Positions 37,136 to 51,078 are shown, counted from the stretch's first letter. The stretch is DNA of 64,000 nucleotides from Eledone cirrhosa (GCA_964016885.1 OZ024740.1:252464001-252528000), one strand, 5' to 3'. Notes: generated from the letters alone by a model not told the origin. Made by a program: numbers and translations.

Positions 37136-39244
37136 TGCGAAAATTCAATATATTCAACTTGCGAAAATTCAATATATTCCTTTCAAAATTTTTTTGAAAA
37201 ATTGGCAGTATTTCAAAGAATTTTTCGCCATGAAAAAATTTCAAGATGGCTACCGAAATGTCATGGCTACACTTGACAACAACAACGACAGCAGCAGCGA
37301 CAGCGTTGTTTAACCACTGACCAATACGGGGAACAGTGAGTGGCAGCTTCATAGCCTTACCGACGCAAACCACCACACATCGGAAATTTCAAAACGGCTT
37401 GTAACTTTACCGACGCAACCACCATACCTTCTGTCTTGTTACCACAGGGACGCAAGAAATTGAGACAGTAGTTTTCTCACCATTATGGCGTCAGACGTGG
37501 CTGCCATATTTGGTGACCGCTACTCTACAGAAGATTCTTTGACTTTGCTTTAACAATAAGCAACACAACCTTATGCCACACAAGATGGCCACGAAATCTC
37601 ACAAAAACACCATACATCTAACCCCTAACGGCATTAACAAACTTCTTTTTCAGTTTTCAGATAGAACTAGTGTCTGTACACTGGTGATGTGTGAACTATT
37701 TGACTTTGAAAAACTTTGAACTTATTGGGCAATTTCTCTGCTCCCTTAGATTGACTTTGAATTATCAGTTTCTTACATTCACATATTTCTTTGTAGAATG
37801 CATTTACTTGTTTTGTGCTCTTTTGCTATGTGCTTGCTAATGGTTTTTGTTCATTCACATTCTTTGCTGTTTTACATGCCTGCATATGCACACATTTTTT
37901 TTATCACACACCAACATGTTGTTCTTGGTATATGTTCTTCAAACGTAATATTCTGCGAGTCCCTTTTCACCTGGTTGAGATGCTGTCACATGCTGGCAGC
38001 TCACAGAGCTTAATCCACTGGATTCAAACAGGCACCGCAACACGAGAATACTAATTGCAGCTGAACTCAAACAGCTTCGCATCTCGTTGCACACTGATCA
38101 TCCATGACGGCCATCCGTCTTGTTGTTTTTGCCCGACTCGCTGGGAAAGCAACAAATTGAACTGGACTTATCAGCATTTCGGCCACTTCTGTGGATTCGC
38201 CCGAATTATGGAATTTACACTGCAGCCCACCTACAGATTAAACTTGCTTTTTTTTCTTTACAAAGCAACCAGACATTTTTTCCTGGCTCCACAGCACATT
38301 CGACAATACATCTGGGGGCCATCATTTTCTCGCCAGCACTGGTAAACTACCATAATAGCTTCGTTCACAGCTACTGGTACAACGCTTACCATTAACATTT
38401 AATGCAAGAACAGCAACTTCGCCCATGTCAGACTTTATCTGTTTTCTGGTAGGCCCTTGAGGGTCTCGTTTAAACTACAAAACAGCTCGTCATTTGACAG
38501 CGGCTCAACACGGCCTGTCGCGCCTATTTTTTTTTTTGTTCTTGCATGAATCTTTCTGCTCAATTATTTTTTCACTGATGTGCTCTATTTGTTCTTGCTG
38601 ATTCAATAATATGTGGGTCCTTGGTTTCTTCGTTATCGATTTTCTGCTGAAAATCTGGTCAGAGGTGATGTAGTGACCTATTCCGCGGGCTCACATACAT
38701 TCTCTGTGCATGATTTGGCTCAGTTCAGCCAATCAGCGCCAGTAGAAGAGGATGTATCCCTGCGCGCCCTGAGGAAGAAATTCCCCGCGAAGATTTGAAG
38801 AATCTCTCTCTTGTACCAGAAACTTCAAGCCAGCAACACGCATAATGTAATGGTGAGATTTTGCACCCTAGCCTCGCCGGCTTAACGGCGCAATGGCACA
38901 TTCCCTTTTGTAACCTCTTTTTATCTGTAACTTCAACCATATAAGTTAACAAACATTGTTTGTACTACATCAAAAATAAACATACATTTCATCTCTAATT
39001 ACTGCTGTTGAAATCATTATTATGTTACTCGTGTCTCAATAACATATATAACCCATGCTGCTGGAATTGGCGACCTGACGAAAGGAAATATTGTAAATAG
39101 ATGGTAAATAGATCGAGGGACCTTCCCTCACGTCTATGTCAACAAGATAATCCAACGAGGATACTATCACTACACTGGCAACTCACGACCTTCAATCATC
39201 TACCCTGTTAAAGTGGCGACTACTCTATAACTAATACTGCTAAA

Positions 39245-39708
39245 GACATGTGGTGTGTATGAAGGATGACAGCTGCATAAAAAGGTTCAGAGCACTAAAT
39301 ATCGATGGAAGCCATGGAGTAGGGAGACCCAAGAAGACCTGGGATGAGGTGATAAAAGCTTATATTACCCAATTGCACCTCTCACAATGACACAGGAGCG
39401 AGACCTCTGGCATTACGCAGTAATACAGAAGACCAGATTTTCCAAGGGTACAAGCCAAAGCTGAAGCATATAGACAGTATGCACCCCACTCTCACTGTAA
39501 AGTGATCGTGTAGGTGTCATGAGAAAAAAAGCACCAAGTCCACACTGTAAATGAGGTTGGTGTTAGTCTAGCTGTAGCAATTAAGAGAAAATCAGTTCTG
39601 TATGAGCAAGACATGCTCACCTGACCTGGCATTGCCGAAAACAGGATAACCCATCTAACCCATTCTAGTGTGGAAGAATGGACGTATGATGATGATGATG
39701 ATGATGAT
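39245..39708 (+). mobile_element. RTE 3' end fragment
   Basis: Encodes GRPKKTWDEVI; 3' UTR and (GAT)n tail. Confidence 0.75.
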
Positions 39709-39980
39709 AAATATAAGTGTGTGTGTTAAGTATATCCATAGAAAAGGTAAATGAAAGAAGAGTGCTGTATGTATTGTACAGAGCTATTTAATTACCTGAT
39801 AACCAACACAATATAATTATTCCATTACCGAAGGTTTTGAGAAACTACACGATTCTTACAGAAATGTGTAGCTCGTTCGTCAGCCAAACTGACAACAACT
39901 GGCTCTCATGATCGCATTTGAGTCAAAATCATTTTGATTTGTTTTACCATTATTCCTTTATTATATAACTATTATGCAAT

Positions 39981-40042
39981 AAATACCTGATGATGTCACC
40001 AGGATCTTCCGGAACTTGGCCACTGAAATGTACATAGTGTTT
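39981..40042 (+). ncRNA. Minimal type I hammerhead motif (imperfect stem II)
   Basis: AAATAC-CTGATGA-TGT.CCAGG...CTTGG.ACT-GAAA-TGTACA-TA-GTGTTT; palindromic stem III. Confidence 0.65.
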
Positions 40043-40317
40043 GCTATACTAAATCTTTAAAGGAATTTCATCAGTCTGGCCTCCTGTCATTTTACTCAAT
40101 TTTATATATATATATGTAGTTTGGTTGGTTTTTTGCTAGCATGTGAAGTGTGCATATTTATATTATACACAAATATATATACATTTAAAAAAGACAATAT
40201 TATATATAAACTGCATTATAGCAAAATTTTATGAAAATGAAAAACGAGAAAATTAGCGACAGAAATATAAACTTTATATAACGATGCAAGTATATGAATG
40301 TTTATATAAGTGATGTG

Positions 40318-42006
40318 ATATCTGGTGGGCTCTTAGAAAACTAGGTGTTGACGAATGGCTTGTGAGAGCTATACAAGCCATGTATAAAGAAACAGTCAGC
40401 AAGGTTAGAATTAACAACGGATATAGTGAAGAGTTTAGCGTAAAAGTTGGCGTCCATCAGGGCTCTGTTCTCAGCCCCCTACTATTTATTATTGCCCTTC
40501 AGGCTATAACAGAGGAGTTCAAGACCAGTTGCCCATGGGAACTCCTATACGCAGATGACCTAACACTCATAGCTGAATCAATGGCCGAGCTAGAGAAGAA
40601 ATTCCAAACATGGAAGCACGGCCTAGAATCAAAAGGCCTTAAAATTAACCTGGCTAAGACTAAAGTTCTAGTTTGTAAGAAAGAAAATAAGGCGGCGTTC
40701 CCTTCCGGGAAGTGGCCATGCTCAGTGTGTAGAAAAGGCGTAGGTAGAAACTCCATTTTGTGCCCCAAAGGCAAAGTATGGGTGCATAAAAGATGTAGTG
40801 GGATCACAGGTAAGCTAACTAAGAACATAGATTTTATATGTGGCCGGTGCTCTGGTGCAATAAGTAGCAGCAAGTGCCCACAAAATACTAGCTCTTTCAA
40901 CTGCGCAGAGGGTTCTATAGAAATAGTGGACAGCTTCCGTTACCTGGGTGACAAAATCAGCAGTGGGGGAGGGTGCTCTGAAAGTACAGTAGCTAGAGTC
41001 AGAACTGGATGGAAAAAGTTCAGAGAGCTTATACCACTATTAGCCGCTAAAGGGTTCTCCCTAAAAATGAAAGGCAGGTTGTATGATGCCTGCATACGAA
41101 CAGCAATGTTGCATGGCAGTGAGACCTGGGCATTGTGTGCAGAGGATATACGCAGACTAGAGAGGAACGAAGCTTGCATGCTCCGCTGGATGTGTAATAG
41201 TAATATACGTGAACGGCAAAGCATAAACGAACTAAGGAAAAAATTAGAAATAAGATGGATCAGATGTTTACTCGAGAGAAGGCTACGTTGGTATGGTCAC
41301 GTGATGCGCATGAAAGACGATAGCTGTATAACAAAGTGCAGGGCAATAAAGATAGACGGTAGCCACGGAATAGGCAGACCCAGAAAAACCTGGGACGAGC
41401 TGATAAATTCCGACCTCACACACTTACACCTCTCCAAGACAATGTCACTGGACCGAGACCTTTGGCGGTACTCAGTAATAGAGAAGACCCGCCTTACCTA
41501 AATACAAAGTAAAACCTACTACAGTCAGTAGGCATCTCTAACAAAATACACCCCCGTCCCACCACCCCCACCCCATCCACACCGCCCCTTTCAATGTAAA
41601 GTTATGTTGGTGCCACAACATCCAGGCCGAAACAAATGAGATCGTGTAGGTGTCACGACAAAAAAACACACAGTTCACGCTGTAATGTGGCCCTGTAGGC
41701 AACACGGTAAAAACCTCCCAGTCCCACACTGTAAATGTGGTTGGTGTTAGGAAGGGCATCCAGCTGTAGAAAACCCGCCAGACAGTCCACGCTGTAATGT
41801 GGCCGTGTAGGCAACACGGTAAAAACCTCCCAGACCCACACTGTAAATGTGGTTGGTGTTTGGAAGGGTATCCAGCTGTAGAAAACCTGCCAGACAGTCC
41901 TATGCGAGCAAGACAATCACTCTTGCCTCAAGTGGGAAAACCCCCGTCCAAACCCATGCAAGCGTGGAACACGGACGTTAAATGATGATGATGATGATGA
42001 TGATGA
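40318..42006 (+). mobile_element. Young 5'-truncated RTE copy (open RT C-terminal ORF, 3' UTR, (GAT)n tail)
   Basis: ORF 40362-41501 with GVHQGSVLSPLLF, LLYADDL, a Cys-rich insert and RLRWYGH. Confidence 0.92.
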
Positions 42007-43357
42007 TATAGTGTCCATTATATCATTTGAAAATTTTAAAAGAAGTGAATCTTGAAATAAGCAATAAAATTATTTATATTTAATCAAGAGTTACGAAATT
42101 TAGAACATAAATTATGTAATATTCATTCATTTTTTATTCAAAATAATCAAACTTATTTTACTAATGGGATAAAAAAATACATTTCTGACACACTCCCACA
42201 CTCCTCACTTTATTATATATTATGGTATGGGTGTCTCCATTGAATTGGTGTGCCCTGAGGTTGGAAAGATTTGCTTGAGAAAATCTGGTCTCAGGAGCCA
42301 CAGTCGGTAGCCATGTTCAGACAGAACCAGTGAACTATGATCTCTATGGTATTGTGAAGGTTCACAGGCAACCTGATACAAGACCTGAGGCCAGGGAGAT
42401 CCATAGTTTTGTCAGTGTGTGAAGGAGTGCAAGTCTCTAACAGGCTTGAAAAGCTATGTGTGTATGCAAAGGTATATATGTGTCTATATGTATGTATGTG
42501 TGTATGTGTATGTGCATATATGTAAGTGTGTATATATGTGGGGTCCATGCAGAAATGATTTGGTTTTATGTACGAATAGGCATAGTTAGCGGCTACAGTG
42601 CATATAGCTAACCAAATAAAATAAATGTTGATAAACCCTTGATTTTTTTTAGCCGTTACTTTCTTCTGTAGACTTCATAACATTAACCCTTAAAAAACTA
42701 TATACCGAGGTTAAATTTGATTATAACTTTAGTAATTACTAATATAGTTGCACTATTGACAGAAATAGATTATATTAACGTCAGAATAGGACTGCTGGTA
42801 ATACCAGGTAGATCAACTTTTATGAAGAGTATTGTTAAATAATTCTGACAATTCTAACCTTCCATTACCTTAGACAAAACTTTCTTTACAATTTACAGCT
42901 GGAGCATGTGGTTAAAGAATACATTGATTGGTAATTGAAACTCTTTAATATGTTATCCTGAAACTCTTTAATATGTAAATCCTGACGATTTCTTTATAAG
43001 GATACTGTGAGCAATATCCTAAGGGAATGAATCACATGTAGACCAAATAAATAATGTATTAACTGCTGAACTTATTTCTTTGTTAATATATGCTCTGTGA
43101 TTTAAATCAAAGGTGACTGGAAGTATACCAACTGAAGTATACCCTGAAATATCTCTCGCTATTCGGGATGAAAGATAAAGCACATTAGAGCTTTAAATAA
43201 ATATCTGAATACCTTACTGTTGTTTATCAACTCATAGAAGTGTGTGTGTGTGTGTGTTTAAGTATATGGGAGAGAGTGAGAGATAAGCAGACATAGTATT
43301 TGCAGTTGATGTTATATATATATTATCAAAAGAAAAAGTAATATTTTATCGACTCAC

Positions 43358-43433
43358 CAATGATTATCACTAATATAACCAGAACAACACCAATAATGAT
43401 ATATATATAAATATCTGTTTCAGAACTTGTTAC
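43358..43433 (-). CDS. EGF-repeat membrane protein: exon encoding the transmembrane helix
   Basis: cag|VTSSETDIYIYIIIGVVLVILVIII-G|gtgag; phase 0 start matches the preceding exon. Confidence 0.8.
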
Positions 43434-43483
43434 CTGAAGTTAAAACAAACAAAATATTAGTCTTTTATTTCCATTTTTTCTGT

Positions 43484-44028
43484 TGGTGGATTGGCAGTAT
43501 CAGTAGAGTGTTGGACAACATGCTTTGGGGAATATAGTTATGGCCCTTTCATTCTGCGTTCAAATTCTGCCGAGATTAGCTTTGCATTTCATCCTTATGG
43601 TGTCAATAAAATAAAGTACCAGTTATGCACTGGGGTCGATTTAATTGATTTTCACCTCCCTCAAAATTGTTGGCCTTGTGCCTACATCAGAAACGACTGT
43701 AATCCCTTTGAGGGGTTAATAAAATAAAGTACTAGTAACACACTGGGGTCGACTTAATCGACTTTCCTCTCCCCAAAAATTGTTGGCCTTGTGCCTAAAT
43801 CAGAAACAATTATTATTTTTATTATTTTACCATTGTCATAAAATAATAATTGTTTCTACTTTTGGCGCAAGGCCAGCAATTACCCAGTGCATTACTGGTA
43901 CTTTATTTTATCGACCCCATAAGGATGAAAGGCAAAGTTAACATCAGCGGGATTTGAACTCAGAATGGCAAGGGCCGTAACTCTATGCATCAAAGCATGG
44001 CATCCGACCCTCTACCAATACTGCCAAG
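43484..44028. mobile_element. Two tail-to-tail SINE family B copies in an intron
   Basis: 43484-43815 on + (duplicated tail) and 43848-44028 on -; Meta-like core. Further copies at ~47605-47800, 50665-50830, 56915-57025, 58305-58447 and 60015-60176. Confidence 0.75.
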
Positions 44029-44144
44029 TGTAACAAATATTTTTTTTATTGGTTTCATAAACCAAATACACACAGCCTAAACTGAAATACACATAACCCA
44101 AACCAGGCACACATAGCTGAATGAGAATGAATATTAAATCTTAC

Positions 44145-44419
44145 CTTTGCAGTACATGCTATTCCATTATAACCCAGAAAACAAGAACAAGTAGAATTTA
44201 AAAGATGGGTTCTATCTGGACTGAGCTGATATGAACAATTTCCATTATTTTGACAAGGATTTTTTGAACATGGGTCCTCCAGATTGCAATTGTTTCCTAA
44301 GTAATTCTCTGGACAGTTACAAACATAGCTCCCCACATTATTTTTACATGTGCCACCATTTTTACAAGGTTGTTTATCACATTCATTAATATCTTGATCA
44401 CAGTAATTACCTTCGAAAC
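44145..44419 (-). CDS. EGF-repeat protein exon (calcium-binding EGF + EGF)
   Basis: GFEGNYCDQDINECDKQPCKNGGTC...CSCFLGYNGIACTAK; cag/gtaag; phase 1 to 0. Confidence 0.92.
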
Positions 44420-45099
44420 CTGTAATAAATAAAATGAAATAAAATTTAAAATTCAAATTTTTGTAAGTTGAACTGTTCTCCTGCATGTTTGTATCTCATA
44501 GGAGGTTTCTCAAGTGTTTTAATGATAGGAACCACCATCCTATCAAGAAAAGCAATGTGAAATGAAGCATCTTGCTCAAGAACACAATGTGGTGCTCAAT
44601 ATAGCAACTAACCCCATGACTTTATGACAGTGAGTACAACAATCTAACTGCTAGACCATACACAAGTGAAAAAATATCATTTACACATACACATCTACAC
44701 AAAACTCTCTATTGACCCATCACACAGAAAATCATATCTTCTACATAACTTCATTAATATGCTTGGTATTTTTGCTCACCCCAAACAAGGCAATAAAGCT
44801 ACTAAAATGGAAGGAGTTACTAAGAAGAGAAAAGGACAAGACAGAGAGAACATAATTCAAGAAGAGAGATGATGACAATTGATGTTGCTTTTGAATTTTT
44901 GCAAATTGTAGTTAGAGGTCAGGAAAGTAAAAAGCCAGAAAACAATTCCATAAGCAAAATGTCTCAGAAAGAAATTATCAGAATAGAATTTCTTATTTGC
45001 ATTTAGGAATTTCATCTGTAAAAGGATAAGACTTAGCTACCAATCTGGTGCTCCATTTCAGCTTGTGAATATGAGGCAACAAAAAGGAAAAGTTCATCA

Positions 45100-45850
45100 G
45101 AACAAAGTATGACAGTGATTGAAGCTGACATGTCAAGTCAAGACCAATAATGTTGATGATTCTTCTTTAGATTGTATCTAGACTCTCAAGATCCACAGGA
45201 GAAGCACCAGACCAGATGTGGCAACAGTATTCAATACAAGAACATATGGTAGATTTATAAAGGCTAGCATGGAAAATAGTCATTAAACGGTGATGATGAT
45301 AAGATATTTTCAAGTGTGAAAAGTTCTTTAGCATAACAGAGCAAACCAACTTTCTAGACAGCAGACTTAGCAATCAATGTGATATAATCATTCCAGCTGA
45401 AATCATTGGAAAATGTCAGACCAAGAAAGCACATAGAGTCGGAAAACAAATGGAAAACAAAAGTGGTTCTCTATGGTGATTAAAAAATAGCAGTTTAGTC
45501 TTAGATGCATTAAAGGTAATAAGCCATTTCTTGCCCCAGTCAACAACATATATTCAAGATCAGCTGCCAATTCAACTTTATCAAATATATCAGAATTACC
45601 ATTAAGACAAGAATAGAGAGTTTTGTCATCAGCATAGATACCAAGCCCAGAAAATATGCTATTGGAAAGGTTATTGATGAAAATTAAGGAGAGTATAGGA
45701 CTCAGAATAGAGCCTTGAGGGACCCCTGTATTAATGTGGAAAGACCTAAAAAACTGGTCATTTAAAAAACCTTCAGTTTGAGATTTGATAAAGATTGAAT
45801 CAGTTTGAAAATCCATCCAGAAACACCATAATCCTTCAACTTATGAACAC
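45100..45850 (-). mobile_element. Degenerate CR1/L2-group LINE RT fragment
   Basis: GVPQGSILSPIL, IYADDKTLY, LYKS...IEYCCHIWSGA. Confidence 0.75.
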
Positions 45851-46374
45851 TATAACATCTTTCTAGTAACTCAATGTTTTACTTCAGTTTTCTAATTTTA
45901 ATCCTTTTCATAACATCCCTGGTTCTATGGTAATTTTATGTAAGAATATTTGTTAAACTATGTTTCAAACACCAACTCAATAATGAGAAAGTTTAATATT
46001 AATAAATATTATAAATATTTCCAAATTCCTGATTATTTTGAAAATTATTTGAAAATCATAGGCAGTGTCTTTAATTAGAAATATAGTAACAATAGGTTAA
46101 AGTATTAATATTTATCTAAAAATCTTCCATCATAATCTTATGTAAGAACCTTTGTTAAGTTATGTTCCAAACAACAGCCTAATAATGAGAAACTTAGTTA
46201 TATCATACTAAATCCACCCCAAAGTCTTGTATGTTCATATTTTCAAAACTATTTGAAAACCATAAGCAGTGTCTTTAATTAAAAATATGGAAATGAAAGG
46301 GTTAGGAGTTCTTCATGAAGCAATATGGTCATGAAATTAAGGTATTGAACTAAATACAACATGGACAAAAGTCA

Positions 46375-46700
46375 AAATATCACATCTGTTGTTAGGTTGT
46401 GTTCCTGCTCATTAACCCCCAACCAATATCTCATCTGTTGTGTTGTATTTCATCTAGCCTGACTAACCTCCTCCCAATAGCACGTGCTGTTGTGTTGTAT
46501 CCCAGCTAGCTTCACTAACCTCCCCCTACCCACCGTAATATTATATACGTTGTGTTGTATCCCAGCTTGCTTGACTAACATCCTCTCCCCACCAATACCA
46601 CACATGTTGTGTTGTATCCCAGCTAGCCTGACTAACTCTCCCCCATCCCAATATCACATCTTTTGTGTTGTATCTCAACTCTCTTGACTAACCTCCAACT
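46375..46700. repeat. Minisatellite, ~55-bp unit
   Basis: Repeated TGTTGTGTTGTATCCCAGCTAGC-TGACTAACCTCCCC. Confidence 0.8.
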
Positions 46701-46882
46701 CTGCCGACCCAAAGCCAAGTTCTACTCTAATGATTCATTATGTACAGTAAATTAAAAGAAATATAGTAATAAAATGTTTAAATTGTCAACAATGACAAAG
46801 TCTCTAAAGTCTCTAAAAAGGTTCAATTTTCTTCATTGAAGACTTTAGTAAATGAAATGAAAGATAAAAGAATACTACTCAC

Positions 46883-46987
46883 CTTCTGTACACTCACACG
46901 TATATGACTGATCAGTACAATTTTGAATACATGTACCATTTCCACATGGTTCAGTAATGCAGGGACCTTTACACTGACAATAGATTC
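46883..46987 (-). CDS. EGF-repeat protein exon
   Basis: GIYCQCKGPCITEPCGNGTCIQNCTDQSYTCECTE-G; aag/gtgag; 105 nt; phase 1 to 1. Confidence 0.85.
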
Positions 46988-48004
46988 CTTCAGCAAAAAA
47001 TAAATAAATAAATAAAAATTTAAATATAAATAAATAAAATTAAAAAATACTAAAATGAGAAGCTATACAATTAAATAGTTTTGTTATTCTAAACATTAAG
47101 TCGCATTCACAGAACAAACTTTACATATTTCTCCTGCAAGGATATATTAAACAACTTTACACACGAAAACAACACAAGCACACATTGTGATAAATGCTAG
47201 TTCTTCAGAACATGAAGAAAAAAGAACATTTACTATATATACTCAAATATAAGCAGAGGAATATGTGACCAAAAAAAATCAATGACAGAAGAGGGTTACC
47301 TTATATTCAGGGTTAATATTTTGACGATTTTCCTTAACTTCAAATTCTAAGTAAATAAAGTTTGGATTTTTGCCTATTTCTCAGACATATTTGAGTATAT
47401 ACGGTATGTGGTGGTAATGCACAAGAATAAAGCTTGAAAGAAGTGATATTGGTGCCACATATAGGTTTGAATACTAAACAACATCTTTATTCACTACTGT
47501 TGATGGTAGAAAGATTATTATATTGGTGAAGAAGAAAATAGCTCCTAGGAGGCTGGTCATTGGGATAATACATCAAATAATCACATATAGCAAGGAGATA
47601 AATATTGATTTCTAATTTAGATACGAGGCCAGCAAATTTAAGGGAAGTGCACAGTTGATTAAATAAACTTGTACTTTACTTTATCCTGGAAGAATGAAAG
47701 GCAAAGTTGACCTTGGCAGGATTTGAATTCAGAATGTAAAGAGCCAGAACAACTACCACAATGACATTTTATCTGATGCTCTACCAATTCTGTCAATCCA
47801 CAACCCTTGACAAAGGCATATTTATATAAAGAACTAATATACAGAGTATGACAATGCATTTGTAATAGCTATGGAGAGCAATAAAATGCTAAAATATACA
47901 GTCTAGAACAGGGAAGAGTTTCTGTGTGTCTTATATTAATTTGATAACATTTAAGGAGCTAGAAGGTGCTACACAAGAAGGGCAGGGCAAGATTTTAAGG
48001 CTAC

Positions 48005-48241
48005 CTTCAAAATACTTAGGACAGAGGCAGAACCAGGCATCATCTGTAACAATACATTCACTGCCATAGTAACACTGAATGTTATGACAACTTGGAATGT
48101 CACAGTTCTTGCCCTCATAGCCTAGCTCAGGGATGCAATCACAGAAGTAACTACCAACAGTATTGTCACATGTGGAATTATGTTGACATGGACTGTTTTC
48201 TTTATCATGGCATTCATCTATATCTTCTGAACAAAGATAAC
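48005..48241 (-). CDS. EGF-repeat protein exon (calcium-binding EGF + EGF)
   Basis: GYLCSEDIDECHDKENSPCQHNSTCDNTVGSYFCDC...WFCLCPKYFE-G; cag/gt; 237 nt; phase 1 to 1. Confidence 0.9.
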
Positions 48242-49532
48242 CTGGAGAAAATAAAAATCAGTCAGAACATTACAACAGCTACTAAACCATTTACTACAGC
48301 TGCTACCAAAGCATTTACTACAGCTACTAAAACCATTTATTACAGCTACCAAACCATTACTACAACTACCAAACCATTACTACAACTACCAAACCATTTA
48401 CTACAGCCACCAAACTCTTTATTTAGGTTCTTGAACAATGGCTATTTAAAAAACTTTTCTTTGTTTAATTCTCATCCTATTTATACACACCAAACAGAAA
48501 ATTGAGAGAATCCTTCAGTTGTATCTATGACATCACATCCCTAGTTCTGGTGCCACAATAAAATGCACCCAGTATACTCTGTAAAGTACCTGGTGTTAAG
48601 AATGGCATCCAGCTGCAGAAAATTTACCAAACGTAGTACTTGTAATGTTTAGGAATGAAAATGAGTAAAATGCAGTCCCTGGCACAGAGTTAGTACTAAC
48701 TTGGTCAGTGACAACCTGTACAACTTACTCTAGCATGATAATATATTATACATGCTACAGGTATTCTGTACAAGTATTTTAAGAATTTTAAATGGATTAA
48801 TTACAATGTGCATTAATTTGTACCTGTTGATTCTTTGCATTTCTTGGTTTATTTTATATTTTATTTTAACCATGGCAAACTCTCTAGTACTCGTGCCATG
48901 ATAAAATTAACCAAGTAAACTGCAAAGTGGTTGATGTTAGGAAGAGCATCCAACAATAGAAATCATGCCAAAAACTGTACAAGAGGACTGTTTAGTAGCA
49001 CCAAAGACAAGACAATTTCTGTAGTGATGGTGACATAATATAATACCACCAGTACATTGTGTAACATGGTTGGTGTTAGGAAAGGCATCTCTAATTAGGA
49101 GGGCAGTAACTCTGAATAAGAACTGACATGGGCATTAATGACCTTCCAATATATACCAGCATATAAAGTAGACATAAAATAATGATGATGATTATTATTA
49201 TGATGACAGTGGTAATGAAGGCAATGATGAAGGTGATGATGGGGGTGGTAATGATAGTGGTGGTAATAATGATGTTGGTAATGATGATGGTGGTGGTAAT
49301 GATGGGATGGTGGTGGTGATGGGATGGTGGTGGTGATAGGATGGTGGTGGTGATGGGATGGTGGTGGTGGTAATGATGGTAATGATTATGATGACAGTGG
49401 TAATGATGGCAATGATGATGATGGTGATGATACTGTGAATGTTTGAAGTATTCAAACAGACAATGCTGCCAGACAATAATCAAAGAAGACAAATGATGGT
49501 TGAATTAACATTTTTTTATAAAATGAACATAC

Positions 49533-49664
49533 CTTCAAATCCAGTGCCATTACAAGTACATATAAAAGAACCAGGTGTATTTGTACATACACCTTGATTC
49601 AAGCACCACTCTGTTCTGTTGGTACATTCATTGATGTCCTCAGTACAGTTCTGACCATGCCAGC
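49533..49664 (-). CDS. EGF-repeat protein exon (calcium-binding EGF)
   Basis: GWHGQNCTEDINECTNRTEWCLNQGVCTNTPGSFICTCNGTGFE-G; tag/gtatg; 132 nt. Confidence 0.9.
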
Positions 49665-51078
49665 CTAAAAAATGACAACACAGGAAATTGGTTACATTCT
49701 TACAATTTTATAATAGACAACTAATATTGAGTTAGCCACAACTTCTCCTCTGCACTCAATAGCATGTATGACTGCACATAAGCAAGATCCAGACTTTTGG
49801 CCTTTCTAGGAGATCAGTAACCCCACTTCAGTACTGGTTTGATCTACGTAGACCCGTCCAACCCTTGCTAGCAGGGAAAGTGGATGTTAAACAATGATGA
49901 TGATGATTCTGGTGTCAATATAGTATCTCCTTCCTCCCCACCATCTTCCACGCTATCATCATCCACACTATCCTAACTGCCTGGCCGAGCACTGAGCCTA
50001 CTCTGTAGAGTTGGAGTGCTGGTTCTATGATAAAAAGTACACTCTGTTGGGTGGTAGTGATGGCAACATTTTGAAGCACACCTTCTTAGTACACAATGTG
50101 AAGTGGGGAACATTGCATGGCTTGCTCTTCCACAGTGCTGGTGCCATGGCAAAAATATCCAGTCCATCTTATACAGTGGTAGTGCTGATGCCATAACAAA
50201 AATCATTCACATTGCATTATGTAAAATGGTCATGCTGGTGCCTTGACAAATAGCACACAATCCACACTGTAAGATGGTCAAACAGTTGCCTTGACAAAAA
50301 GCACCCAGTCCACTCTATAAGGTGGTCATGCTGGTGCTATGATGAAAAAACACCCATTCCATCCTGCAAGATGGTCATACTGGTGACATGAAAAAAGCTC
50401 CCAGTCAAAACTGAAATGTGGTAGGTGTTAAGAAGGGCATCCAACCATAGAAAACTAAACCAAAATCAGATCTGTATGAGCAAGGCATAGTCACCTGACA
50501 TGTCTAGCCTCATAATGTGACAGCTCGTCTAACCCATGCATGGAAAATAGATATTAAATGATGATTCTGGTATGAATATGGTTAGAAAGGTGTTTATAAC
50601 TAAAACCTTTTATCATATTATACATGAACCTTTGTTATGTTATGCTCTAAACAGCTAAATAATAGTTTCTAATTTACACATAGCCAGAAATTGGGAGGGG
50701 GCTTGATTAAATCAGTGCAAGTAATTGATTGGTCTTTTATTTTATTGACCCAGGAAGGATAAAAGGCAAAGTTGACCTCGGTGAGAATGCTGCAAAACAT
50801 TTTGTCTGACACTTGACTGATTCTCACCACCCTAAACCAGCTTAATGATAAAGTTAGTTATATTACTAAATCTCTCCAAATTCTTATTTTGAAAATGATT
50901 TGAAAACCATAAGCAGAGTCTTTCATTTGAAATATGGTAATAAAAGAGTTCAATATGGAGAAGAAAATGCCACTTGTGGAAGTACTTACAACTGATACAA
51001 TCACATCTGTATATATTACCTGTGGAAATACCACTTATATAATCACCTTGTATATATCACACCTGTGGAAGTACTTAC

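Noticed and set aside
39076-39140. CTGACGA as a hammerhead core
   Set aside because: No GAAA, stem III or stem I closure found
43018-43143. Possible terminal exon (GYTSVGILPVTFDLNH...FP*)
   Set aside because: Phase-compatible but lacks a basic stop-transfer stretch or any known tail motif; unverified
49091-49492. His/Pro/Thr-rich ORFs
   Set aside because: Intronic (GAT/GGT)n low-complexity tract
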